From NCBI GenBank assembly GCA_051294375.1, contig CM119268.1, positions 5,045,878 through 5,109,877 of the forward strand: a stretch of 64,000 nt of DNA, written 5' to 3'. Position numbers and translations under genes: made by a program. The stretch is from Paraspadella gotoi (taxonomy: Eukaryota; Animalia; Chaetognatha). Shown here in pieces: positions 40,334-52,705 of the stretch; the stretch's first letter is position 1, and each line of letters starts with the position of its first letter. Below the pieces are notes generated by a model, which did not search any database, was not told the DNA's origin, and saw only the letters and a list, made by a program, of their open reading frames with translations.

Positions 40334-41189
40334 TTCTCGACCCTGACCCCGTCTTCTCGGTCTGCGATACGGACCATTAAAGCCGAGACGACCGAATCGA
40401 AGGCTGGAAGGAACAAGCGCCCTTTTTTCTTTTCCTCGGACCTTTTCCCTTTTTCCCTTTTTCCCTTTTTTTCCCTTTTCCTTTTTCCCTTTTTTCCATT
40501 TTTCCATTTTTCCCATTTTTTCCCTTTTCCTTTTTTTCTCCTTTCCCTTTCTGTATTTTTTCCCCTTTTCCCTTTCCCCCCTCTTTGTCTTTTTTTTTCT
40601 TTTTTCCGCTTTTTTCCCTTTTTTTCCCTTTTTCTCCTTCTCTATTTTCCCCCTTTTCCCTTTTTCCCTTTTTCCCCTTTCACTTTCTTTTATTTTCCTT
40701 CTTTTTCCATTTTTTTTCTTTGCCCTTTTCCTTTTTTCTGTTTTTCTCTTTTTCCATTTTTCTGTCTTTCTCCTTTTTCCATTTTTATACTTTCCATTTT
40801 CCTTTGTCACTCTTTACTATTATCCAGTTTACCCTTTTCCCTTTTACCCTTTTCCCCTTATTTGCTTTTTTCCCCTTTTTCCCTTTTCTCTTTTACCCTT
40901 TTTTCGTCACGTTTACCTGTTTCCTTTTTCTCTTCTCACTATTCTTTTCAAAATCATTCACTTCTATTCTATATTTTCTATTTTGTTTTTTTTTAAACTT
41001 CCCTTTTGTTTTTCTTTCGAAATCATTTTAGTATTAAAAAAAATTATTAAAAATCATTCTTTGACTAAAAAAGTAAACAAAATTTGAATTTCGAAAAAAA
41101 ACTTTTTTCTAAACAACGAAAAAAAAGAAGGGAAAAAAAGATAGAAAAAAAAGCAGTAACAACAACAACAACAACAACAACGAGGCGCA

Positions 41190-42843
41190 ATGGCTGGCAA
41201 AGTCGGGTGCGACAACAGGATCGTGACTCAGAACGACGACGACGACGAAGACGACGACAACGACGATAGAAAAGATTCTCTCGTCCTCCAAGGAGAGAGC
41301 GACTTCATCGAAACACTCGATGCTTCGGCCGTCAATTCGGACGACCACGCCAACGCCAACGCCAAAGCAGACGCCAATGGCGAAGCCAACGCCAATGCTA
41401 AAGAAGCCAACGCCAATAAAGCCAACGGCTCGGAAGCCAAGGCCAACGAAAAAAACGCTAACAAAGACAATGAAGCCAAAGAGGCCAACGCCAATAAAGC
41501 CAATAGCTCTGAGGCCAAGGAAGCCAAGGAAGCAATGGCCAACGAAACCAACGCTAATGAAGACAATGAAGCCAAAGAGGCCAACGCCAATAAAGCCAAT
41601 AGCTCTGAGGCCAAGGAAGCCAAGGAAGCAATGGCCAACGAAACCAACGCTAATGAAGACAATGAAGCCAAAGAGGCCAATGGAAATAAAGCTAATAAAT
41701 CCAAGGAAGCCAATGAAAGCAATGTAGACCAAGAAGCCCATTGCAATGAAGCCAACGAAGCCAACGATGCCATAGAAGCCGATTTCAATGAAGCCAACCA
41801 AGACCAAAACAACGATCTCGCGAAAATGACAAATGAGCCGAAGGTACATCGTACTACGTGATCGATAGCTATGCTCTATTTTCAAAAACGAACAGTTTTT
41901 TTAGTTGTGCCGCAAATACTCGCGGAGCAACTCTAAAACTTATTTTTCGGTCGGTCGGTCGGTCGGTCGGTCGGTATGTCCGTCTGTTTGTCTCACTAAT
42001 GTTTCCAATGCTTATAACTCTGCGGATACTTGGTAAGAATGTAAAGCACTATAAGACGTTTTATGTGCATATATATCATACTTGTGCAATGTGCATTCAA
42101 TGGCTCACTTAAAAAAGCGATCACATGAATAGAAATTTAATTAGGCATATTTACGAAAAACAGTGTCATACTTCAAAGGTAAATACTTCTTGTGCATGTG
42201 TATCATTCTTGTGTAGTCACGTGACCAAGCAGAATTCTTATCTCATGATCACCAAAGAAAAATCCGTTATATTTTTAGTAATATTCAGTATTTTTGTTGA
42301 AACTTTGCGGATAAATTATCAACAAATTAATCAATCAATCAATAGTGCTGAAGCAATCAATCAAGATATCTGTGGTTGGTAAAAATGCAATCATTCAGGA
42401 TTCCGATGCTTACGAGAACCTGAGTCAAGATTCAGTCATTCAGTCTATCGCGAGAGATGCGCTCAGTCAGATTCAGGAGGAAGAGGACGAGACGCCTCCG
42501 ACTCTGATCCTCAACGACAATCCTGAGCCATTGAGGAAATTGGCCGACGACGACGACGTCGACGACAACGACAACAACAACGGCAACGTCTTGGCGCGTC
42601 TCACCGGGGACGCCGATTCAGTCGGGGCCGTCGCCGGCCTCAACGTCAACGACGACGACGACGACGACTGGGAGGACGCCGACGACGACGACGAGGACGA
42701 CGACGAGGAGGAAGACAAAGAAGTCGTCGCCGCCGTCGAACGAGATCTCTTGGGGAAGTTGGAGATGCAGGCGGCCGTGACGGGAGTCGCCGTGACGGAG
42801 GAAGCTCTGGCCGGCGTCAAGGAGACGGCAATGTAAGTGGGAA

Positions 42844-42874
<31 letters not shown>

Positions 42875-44330
42875 AAGTCAGTCAGTCAATCAATCAATCC
42901 ACGTTTCGTCTCGACAGGAAAGCTTTGCTTGCTGACAAGAGAAGACGACGTCAGATGAAGAAACAAGAGAGAATCGATAGACCGGTGGACCAAAACTTGG
43001 GGTAAGAGAAAATTAAATTAATAGATTAAATGATTAAATTATTATGTAAAATTATCTAGTATTATCTAGTATCAAAAAACAAAAAGAAAAAAAAAAGCTG
43101 TTGGTTATGAAATTGCAACATCGAATCGTCAACTTGACGTTCGATTCGCATTTTTCTTTCTCCTTGAAGGCGACGCAACTCTTGCGAACACACCGTCGAC
43201 GCTGCTTGGCTGATGGAGAGGAGGAGGAGGGGGGGAGACCACGAGGAAGGGGAGGAAAGGGGGAGGAGAACCGCGGAGGGAGGGTGAGAGGGAGAGGAAG
43301 AAGGGGAGGAGAGGGGGAAAACCACGAGGCTTATGCTCTCCTGTTTCTCTAATGTTCGTTCACTACCTTAGGACAACAACAACAACAAGACAAAATCGCC
43401 TGCTCAATGAAATCAATGAGTTGACTTCAGAAAAAGCTGAGCTGGAAGCTAAAATGTCAAGTAAGCTAAAAGTTAGTTTTACATAAGCTAAAAGCTAAAT
43501 AGTCTAATAAGCTGAAAATTATTTTCATCCTACTCCTCAAAAGAACAATCGTTCTAAGATGAAGAGCAAGCAGATCTTCATTCTAATATCCACGTTTTCT
43601 TCCATTTTATCATCCCTCAAAAAAGAGCAAGCTTTCTACGGCAAAGAGCAAGCATATCTCCGCCCTGAAATGTTCTTTCTCTTCCTCTTCCTTTTTCTCA
43701 GCCTTCACCAAAGAGCAAGCTTTCTACGACGAAGAACAAGCAAATCTTCGCGCTCAAATCCTGGGTCTTCGGCTCGAAATCGAGGAGGGCGAGCGGTGAG
43801 ACGAGCGATCGACGTCCGAGGCAGAGGGATATTTTAAAGTCGCTCGGTCGATCTGTTTCCGTAATACATATTACATATTACATAATTAATCAATCGAGTT
43901 CATATTCGGTTGGAAAGGAAGGGTACAACAAAGTCATTATGAGGTAGCATATGTGTCGTATTTTAGAAGTCACGTGATCGCCTTTAGTTAACACTTGACG
44001 GACTGAAAACGTATTTATAATTGCCTATTCAGGTGATCATACAGAACTACGGTCACGTGATCAGAAAGTAAATGCGGCATATTTCGCGGTTGTTTTGCTT
44101 AAAACTTATCGTAGAAGTAAAAAGATGCTTGTTATGCATTATTATGAAATGAAAGTTTTGAAAGATTTTCTTTTTGTTTTATTACTGATACTGCTGCTCC
44201 GCTTCGCCAGGTTGACGCGCGAGCGGCTGCTGCGGATGCGAGAAATGCGGACGACCTGCTGCGGCCTGACCCGGTTCCTGGAGGAGTTCGGAAGGAGAGG
44301 AGGAGGAGGAGGAGGAGGAGGAGGAGGAGG
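41190..44330 (+). CDS. Uncharacterised acidic, Ala/Asn/Glu-repeat protein with C-terminal coiled coil (copy 1, last exon cut by gap)
   Basis: Exons 41190-41843, 42399-42832, 42918-43001, 43170-43283, 43372-43460, 43702-43795 and 44211 to the gap. All are GT-AG with compatible phases (0, 2, 2, 2, 1, 2). Heptad-like LNEINELTSEKAELEAKMS...EEQANLRAQILGLRLEIEEGERLTRERL. Confidence 0.7.
41896..42000 (+). mobile_element. Helentron/DINE-1-like interspersed repeat (one of several copies)
   Basis: TTTTTAGTTG(C/T)GCCGC...CAACTCTA followed by a (GTCG/GTCT)n tract. Related copies lie at about 10665-10745, 44863-44965, 50240-50502, 52915-53180 (-), 56935-57000 (-) and 61126-61178. Confidence 0.55.
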
Positions 44331-44355
44331 NNNNNNNNNNNNNNNNNNNNNNNNN

Positions 44356-45808
44356 AGCCAACGCCAATGCTAAAGAAGCCAACGCCAATAAAGCCAACGA
44401 GCTCGGAAGCAAGGCCAACGAAAAAAACGCTAACAAAGACAATGAAGCCAAAGAGGCCAACGCCAATAAAGCCAATAGCTCTGAGGCCAAGGAAGCCAAG
44501 GAAGCAATGGCCAACGAAACCAACGCTAATGAAGACAATGAAGCCAAAGAGGCCAACGCCAATAAAGCCAATAGCTCTGAGGCCAAGGAACCAAGGAAGC
44601 AATGGCCAACGAAACCAACGCTAATGAAGACAATTGAAGCCAAAGAGGCCAATGGAAATAAAGCTAATAAATCCAAGGAAGCCAATGAAAGCAATGTAGA
44701 CCAAGAAGCCATGCAATGAAGCCAACGAAGCCAACGATGCCATAGAAGCCGATTTCAATGAAGCCAACCAAGACCAAAACAACGATCTCGCGAAAATGAC
44801 AAATGAGCGAAGTACATCGTACTACGTGATCGATACTATGCTCTATTTTCAAAAACGAACAGTTTTTTTAGTTGTGCCGCAAATACTCGCGGAGCAACTC
44901 TAAAACTTATTTTTCGGTCGGTCGGTCGGTCGGTCGGTCGTATGTCCGTCTGTTTGTCTCACTAATGTTTCCAATGCTTATAACTCTGCGGATACTTGTA
45001 AGAATGTAAGCACTATAAGACGTTTTATGTGCATAATATATCATACTTGTGCAATGTGCATTCAATGGCTCACTTAAAAAAGCGATCACATGAATAGAAA
45101 ATTTAATTAGGCATATTTACGAAAAACAGTGTCATACTTCAAAGGTAAATACTTCTTGTGCATGTGTATCATTCTTGTGTAGTCACGTGACCAAGCAGAA
45201 TTCTTATCTCATGATCCACCAAAGAAAAATCCGTTATATTTTTAGTAATATTCAGTATTTTTGTTGAAACTTTGCGGATAAATTATCAACAAATTAATCA
45301 ATCAATCAATAGTGCTGAAGCAATCAATCAAGATATCTGGTGGTTGGTAAAATGCAATCATTCAGGATTCCGATGCTTACGAGAACCTGAGTCAAGATTC
45401 AGTCATTCAGTCTATCGCGAGAGATGCGCTCAGTCAGATTCAGGAGGAAGAGGACGAGACGCCTCCGACTCTGATCCTCAACGACAATCCTGAGCCATTG
45501 AGGAAATTTGCCGACGACGACGACGTCGACGACAACGACAACAACAACGGCAACGTCTTGGCGCGTCTCACCGGGGACGCCGATTCAGTCGGGGCCGTCG
45601 CCGGCCTCAACGTCAACGACGACGACGACGACGGTGGAGGACGCCGACGACGACGACGAGGACGACGACGAGGAGGAAGACAAAGAAGTCGTCGCCGCCC
45701 TCGAACGAGATCTCTTGGGGAAGTTGGAGATGCAGGCGGCCGTGACGGGAGTCGCCGTGACGGAGGAAGCTCTGGCCGGCGTCAAGGAGACGGCAATGTA
45801 AGTGGGAA

Positions 45809-45839
<31 letters not shown>

Positions 45840-47604
45840 AAGTCAGTCAGTCAATCAATCAATCCACGTTTCGTCTCGACAGGAAAGCTTTGCTTGCTGA
45901 CAAGAGAAGACGACGTCAGATGAAGAAACAAGAGAGAATCGATAGACCGGTGGACCAAAACTTGGGGTAAGAGAAAATTAAATTAATAGATTAAATGATT
46001 AAATTATTATGTAAAATTATCTAGTATTATCTAGTATCAAAAAAAAAAAGAAAAAAAAAAGCTGTTGGTTATGAAATTGCAACATCGAATCGTCAACTTG
46101 ACGTTCGATTCGCATTTTTCTTTCTCCTTGAAGGCGACGCAACTCTTGCGAACCACCGTCGACGCTGCTTGGCTGATGGAGAGGAGGAGGAGGGGGGGAG
46201 ACCACGAGGAAGGGGAGGAAAGGGGAGGAGAACCGCGGAGGGAGGGTGAGAGGGAGAGGAAGAAGGGGAGGAAGGAGAAGACCACGAGGAAAGGGGGAGG
46301 AGAACCGCGGAGGGAGGGTGAGAGGGAGAGGAAGAAGGGATGGAGAGGGAGAAGACAACGAGGAAGGGGGGAGGAAGAGGGGAGGAGAACCGTGGAGGGA
46401 GGGTGAGAGGGAGAGGAAGAAGGGATGGAGAGGGAGAAGACAACGAGGAAGGGAAGAAAGGGGGAGGAGAACCGCGGAGGAGGGGATGAGGGAGAGGAAG
46501 AGGGGAGGAGAGGGGAAAACCACGAGGCTTATGCTCTCCTGTTTCTTAATGTTCGTTCACTACCTTAGGACAACAACAACAACAAGACAAAATCGCCTGC
46601 TCAATGAAATCAATGAGTTGACTTCAGAAAAAGCTGAGCTGGAAGCTAAAATGTCAAGTAAGTAAAAGTTAGTTTTACATAAGCTAAAAGCAAATAGTCT
46701 AATAAGCTGAAAATTATTTTTATCCTACTCCTCAAAAGAACAATCGTTCTAAGATGAAGAGCAAGCAGATCTTCATTCTAATATCCACGTTTTCTTCCAT
46801 TTTATCATCCCTCAAAAAAAGACAAGCTTTCTACGGCAAAGAGCAAGCATATCTCGCGCCCTGAAAGTGTCTTTCTCTTCCTCTTCCTTTTTCTCAGCCT
46901 TCACCAAAGAGCAAGCTTTCTACGACGAAGAACAAGCAAATCTTCGCGCTCAAATCCTGGGTCTTCGGCTCGAAATCGAGGGCGGAGCGGTGAGACGAGC
47001 GATCGACGTCCGAGGCAGAGGGATATTTTAAAGTCGCTCGGTCGATCTGTTTCCGTAATACATATTACATATTACATAATTAATCAATCGAGTTCATATT
47101 CGGTTGGAAAGGAAGGTACAACAAAGTCATTATGAGGTAGCATATGTGTCGTATTTTAGAAATCACGTGATCGCCTTTAGTTAACACTTGACCGACTGAA
47201 AACGTATTTATAATTGCCTATTCAGGTGATCATACAGAACTACGGTCACGTGATCAGAAAGTAAATGCGGCATATTTCGCGGTTGTTTGCTTAAAACTTA
47301 TCGTAGAAGTAAAAAGATGCTTGTTATGCATTATTATGAAATGAAAGTTTTGAAAGATTTTCTTTTTGTTTTATTACTGATACTGCTGCTCCGCTTCGCC
47401 AGGTTGACGCGCGAGCGGCTGCTGCGGATGCGAGAAATGCGGACGACCTGCTGCGGCCTGACCCGGTTCCTGGAGGAGTTCGGAAGGAGAGGAGGAGGAG
47501 AGGGAGGAGGAGGAGGAGGAGGAAGTCTATCTGAAGACGAAAATGAGGACGGAGAGAAATTGTTTGAGGAGGAAAGCAGAAGGAAATGGAGGAAAGAAAA
47601 TTGA
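44356..47604 (+). CDS. Second copy of the same gene (lacks 5' end, supplies terminal exon 47403-47604); probably a false or allelic duplication
   Basis: Near-identical to 41383-44330 with scattered 1-nt indels and starts right after a 25-N gap. The terminal exon ends ...GSLSEDENEDGEKLFEEESRRKWRKEN*. Confidence 0.55.
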
Positions 47605-48643
47605 AATAGATACGCACTAGGAAGGAAGAAAGAAAAGAAGAAAGAAAGGAAAAGAGGGAGAATGTGAAGGAAGGAAAGAAGGAAGGAAGGAGGAAGGAAG
47701 GAAGGAAGGAAGGAAGGAAGGAAGGAAGGAAGGAAGGAAGGAAGAAGGAAGGAAGGAAGGAAAGAAGGAAGGAAGGAAGGGAGGTAGAAAGGAAGGGATG
47801 AAAGGATGATGGGAGGAGAAGGAAGGAAGGAAGGAAGAAGGTACAAAGAGAGTAGAAAGAAAGGAAAAATGAATGGAAATAATGAAGACAGGAATGAAAA
47901 AAAAGTGAGAAAAAAAGGAAAGTCGGAAAGATTAAAGGGCGAGACTGAAATAAAAAGAAGACGATAAATGATTCCAAATGAAAAGAAAAGAAGAAGAAAA
48001 AGAAGGAAAAGGAAAAAAAAAGAATTAGGGAGACAAAAAGGAGAAAAGAAAAAAAAAAGACTTTAAAGCCAACTCGTTATTTCCATTCACTTCGGGTCCA
48101 ACGTCCGTCGAGTTTGACCGAGAGGAAAAAAAAAATCAAAATAAAAATGAGAACGAAATATTAAAAGAGATTAATTTATTTTTTGACCTTTATATATATA
48201 TAGAAAAAGAGAGAGAAAGGGAAGGTCACGTGATTCTCGTTGTCCTTTTGTTCACTTTTTTTTCGCTTTTGACTACGAGAATAAATCGTGAAAAAAATGT
48301 GTTTTTTTTATTTATTGTTTAAATTAGTTTTAAGTCATTAGTCGGTGATGAGAGACGGGTTCAATCCGTTTTCTATATCGGGCATCTGTTAAATGATATC
48401 TCAATTGGGAGATTAATCAATGTCGAAAAAGAGTTTAGAAAATTTTTTTTGTTTCAGCTTATCAATAATCGTGATTTAAATTTCTCGCTCGTAAACAATC
48501 TGAGTCGCGTGAGTGATTCGTCGCAGATTGTTCACAAATTTGCAGGATCTCGCCAACACGCAACAGTCTGTGAAACGATTTCGCCTGATCCCTCCAATTT
48601 ACATGCTTCATCCGCAAAGAAGACTGTCTCGTTCTCGCTTCAA

Positions 48644-48739
<96 letters not shown>

Positions 48740-48872
48740 CTTTGTATCTGCATTTCCTTTTTTCTTCTGCTAAACTTGGAAAACAAAGGATTTTTTTCCC
48801 GTTTCCCTCTTTTGGCTTTTACTTATTTTCTTTCTTTCTTACTTTTCTTTTTTCTGTCTTTTTTTCTTTATT

Positions 48873-48908
<36 letters not shown>

Positions 48909-49714
48909 TTTTTACATTTTTATTTCTTTTTTTCTATGCTTTTTTCTTCATTTTCTTATTTTCAAATTACAATCTAATCTAAATCCCATTTAAATCTAAA
49001 TCAAATGAAAACTAAATCTTTTCAGCGAAAATAAAAAAGTTAGTTAACGTATAAAGTTAGTGAATCAGTGGGAGATGTTGATTGAGCGAGTTGCTAGGTA
49101 AATTCGTGGCGTTGACATTGTCTCTCTGTCTCCCTGGATGTACCCAGATGGCAAAAAACAGAATCAGGCAGATGCAAGTGACCTTAAATGGTACTGTTGT
49201 CTTAAGAGCTGGCGACAGATGCAAGGAACCAACCGTGGCTCATGCCGGGGAACGAATGGAAACTAGTTTTAACTTGATTTTTTGCACACACACATTCACT
49301 ATCGCCTTCCGATTATTCACATCAGCGTCTCATTGATGACCAAAGTCAGATCCAGATTTTTGAAACTAGCAAATAACAGGCGGTAATTTGTCCTACCCGT
49401 GTAGCACTAACTTTTTTATAATCAGTAGAATCATCGCCGCTTCATTAATTGATAATTAGAAATAAAATAATTTATCATCAACAATATCATTCAAACTGGA
49501 GAGTTTCTTTCGAACAAAAGACACGCGATCTTTTGTTTTCGGTAGGAGGCGCTCTCGCCAAGATGGCCGCCTCCTATTTTCCGAACTGCAATTAAGGGAA
49601 GACGAGACTTGAAACCTTTTTGCAATTATCGATCGCTGGAGCTGAGGCGTTTTAGTGGAGCGGACCGAGGAGGAGAGGAGAGAGTAAAAGGGTTAGAGAG
49701 AGAGAGAGATGGAG

Positions 49715-49745
<31 letters not shown>

Positions 49746-50665
49746 TATATCTTAGACTTAGTATCGTTTTCTCCGTCTGTTTGATGTAAAGCAAGTCCTT
49801 AGAAATCTTAAAAGTAAATAAACTACTATACTTAGTTATGTTTCTATAGCAACGCCACTTAAGTAGTTTTCCGATTCGCGGAAAAGGCGTTTCCATCTGG
49901 TAAATAATAAATCGGATCAGAAATTAGGTTTTTTGTTATTTGACCAATGCCCTTTTGTGAAAAATCAGCATTTTGATGGCATCCATGGAAGCCATTTTGT
50001 GAAGTTATCACTATTTCAAATGCTGGAAACGAAAAAAAAACATGCTTACAAACTACAACCGAGACTAAGTGCACAGATGAGTAGATGGGAATATTTAAAA
50101 GCTGAGGCTTAGAACCGAGGCTGAAAGCAACAAGACCGCCAACTGCTGGTGTTGACTTCTTTCCGCTGGAAACAGCTACGGGCTGAGAGGAGCTCGTGCT
50201 ATATACTTGGGATAAGTGTCAAAGTATTAATTGATCCAGCCACGAGTACTCGCAACTCCGGTCGGTCTGTCGGTTGGTCGGTATGTCTGTCCATCGGTCT
50301 GTCCCACTTACATTAAAAACGCATATAATTTGCTTATTGTTGGTTGCTCATTTGTTAAGACATAAAAAGAACCTCAAATCTAAGGGACTGCTAGCGCCGC
50401 TCTCGGGAATTCCTAAAACTATAAGGAATAAAAGATGTTATAAATACACGGTCAAATAAAGTTTTTTAGTCATGTCATATCATGTCATATCATATCATGT
50501 GATCAAAGGGAAATTACACGTGAAAATAAAGTCACTGCCTCGCAACACATTGGAATTATCGTTCTTGTTTTTTCATTGTTTTCAAGAATAATGCGAGTTA
50601 TTGGATTGCTTTGCGATTCGTTGTTAAGTGAAATTGATTTAAAGACTTTTTTTAACGTCATCGTT

Positions 50666-50713
<48 letters not shown>

Positions 50714-51868
50714 TCCTTCCTATTTAAAATTCACTTTGTAATTTTACGTATTTATATTTAATTAGTTTTAATATTCAGAATCGAGAAGAGAAGAAAGACG
50801 CGTGTATAATACATAATTTAAACGAAGGAAAGCCGACGACGACGACGACGACGACGCTGACGACGACGATGAGGACGACTCTGACGTCGATGATGATAAC
50901 GAACAAGGAAACGAAGTCAACGACAAAGACAACGATGAGTACAACGACAAAGACGACGATAAAGATTACGACGAAGACAACGTCGAGGATGAAGACAACG
51001 AAGACGACGAAAACGACGACGAGAACAACGGCAAAGACAGCGACAAACATGACTAAAAATTGACTATGACAAAGAAGACGACGACAAAGATGATGACGAC
51101 GATGACAATGATGAATTCAAAGACAATGACGACAATGAAGATGACGATGAAGACAACGATGAATTCAAAGCAATGACGACAAATTCAATGATGACAAAGA
51201 CGACAACGACGAAGACAACGACGAAGACAACGACAAAGACAACGACAAAGGACATTGGGACAACCACTGAGAGAGAATTCCTGAGGACATCAACTTACAA
51301 CCGGACGACGACAAATAAGTACGACGTTGACAGCGACAACGATAACCGTCGAGGTTCCAGAAGCGGGTTGTAAAAAAAATTGAATATTAATCATTCATAC
51401 TTTATGATTAACTCAACCTCTTTGCTCGCTGCTGCGGCGGGAAGCGGCGCTGATGCGACGGGAAGCCGAGCTGCTGTCATTCCGCGGCAGACATAAACGA
51501 ATGAGAAACAAATGAGGCAAATAGAAATTTGCAAAAGCAACCGCAGGTTTAATCAAAGTCATAAACTAATTTAGTATGGGAATGAGAATAAAATCCATCT
51601 TGTCTGCTTACATTAAATGGTATTACATTTACATTTTGTCAAAATGAAAATATTTTTAATTTAAATTTTGACCGTTTTTGAAAATTGAGTTTATTTTCGT
51701 GGTCGGTCAGTTTCAAACTCAGTGAATGAGTTCAGGATCTGAAGGGTCACTGAACAAACGGGGGAATGAGGAAGAGGAAAAATGTAAGCCGATCCCGCGG
51801 GACGAGTTTTCTCGTTTCTCTCAATTTAGCCTATTAGCTATAAAACAAAGAAATCGCTTGATCGTTCG

Positions 51869-51962
51869 CTGATTGGACGTATTGTTTTAGCAATCGGCGT
51901 CTGATTGGCTGAAAGGATCAGGACGTAATTGGTCAATTCCTTAATGGGTTTTATTTGACCGG
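51869..51962 (+). promoter_or_regulatory. Candidate ZnT promoter (inverted CCAAT boxes) and non-coding first exon
   Basis: CTGATTGG at 51869 and 51901 (32 bp apart), a third ATTGG near 51928, a strong donor GTAAGT at 51963 and a matching acceptor TTTCCAG at 52652 upstream of the ATG. Confidence 0.45.
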
Positions 51963-52277
51963 GTAAGTTATAGTTAGTTTTTCGTTGTTTCCTCTGGCAT
52001 CGTGGTTGGTTTTTTTTGGTTCGAACTTACCAAAGAAAATATTCGAGTTTCGATATTTCATTTCCTTTCTCTGTTTTTCAAAATGGAAATTCGGAAATTT
52101 TGTTTTTCTTCCATTTGCGAAAAGTAATCACAATAAAGTCATTCACAAAAATGAAATTCAATAGAATCCTTGAAACAATGAATGTGTAAACTAATTGGTA
52201 ATGGAACTACACTCTTAATCAAAAACTGACAATGAAATTATTGAAAAAATTAAACAAAGTAAAAAGTATGAACAGAA

Positions 52278-52335
<58 letters not shown>

Positions 52336-52503
52336 GTGGACGAGAAACCTGAAGCTCCAAAGGAACAGTAAAATAGATAAGATAAGACGACAACCGCTTC
52401 GTGAATTCACTCTTCAATACAAATCTATCGATCCAAAATTACATTAAACCATTTTGAAACTGCGTCTTTCACATATGCGAACCAGATTGAGCTTTATTCT
52501 CTC

Positions 52504-52594
<91 letters not shown>

Positions 52595-52705
52595 TTTTTA
52601 AAATAAAATTTTCTCATGATTTTTAATCACGTGTCTCATAATATTTTTCCAGATGCAATATACCCTGTGCCTTTGTTAGTACTTAAGATTAAAAAAAAAA
52701 TTCGA

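Noticed and set aside
41109-41885. Long antisense ORFs (LASLASL and GFIGVG hydrophobic repeats)
   Set aside because: They are shadows of the GAAGCCAAY repeat of the sense exon; the sense frame has the ATG context and splice support.
49203-49310. Minus-strand peptide TSFHSFPGMSHGW resembling the dienelactone hydrolase catalytic-His motif
   Set aside because: It is bounded by stops, no nucleophile motif was found nearby, and no splice-consistent model could be built.
48450-50080. Several exon-like unique islands on the minus strand
   Set aside because: They could not be chained with consistent phases or matched to any family.
50820-51372. Asp-rich acidic protein candidate (also 25770-26246 on the minus strand)
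   Set aside because: The Asp frame is broken by stops and shifts, and similar degenerate (GAC)n tracts are scattered through non-coding DNA in this window.
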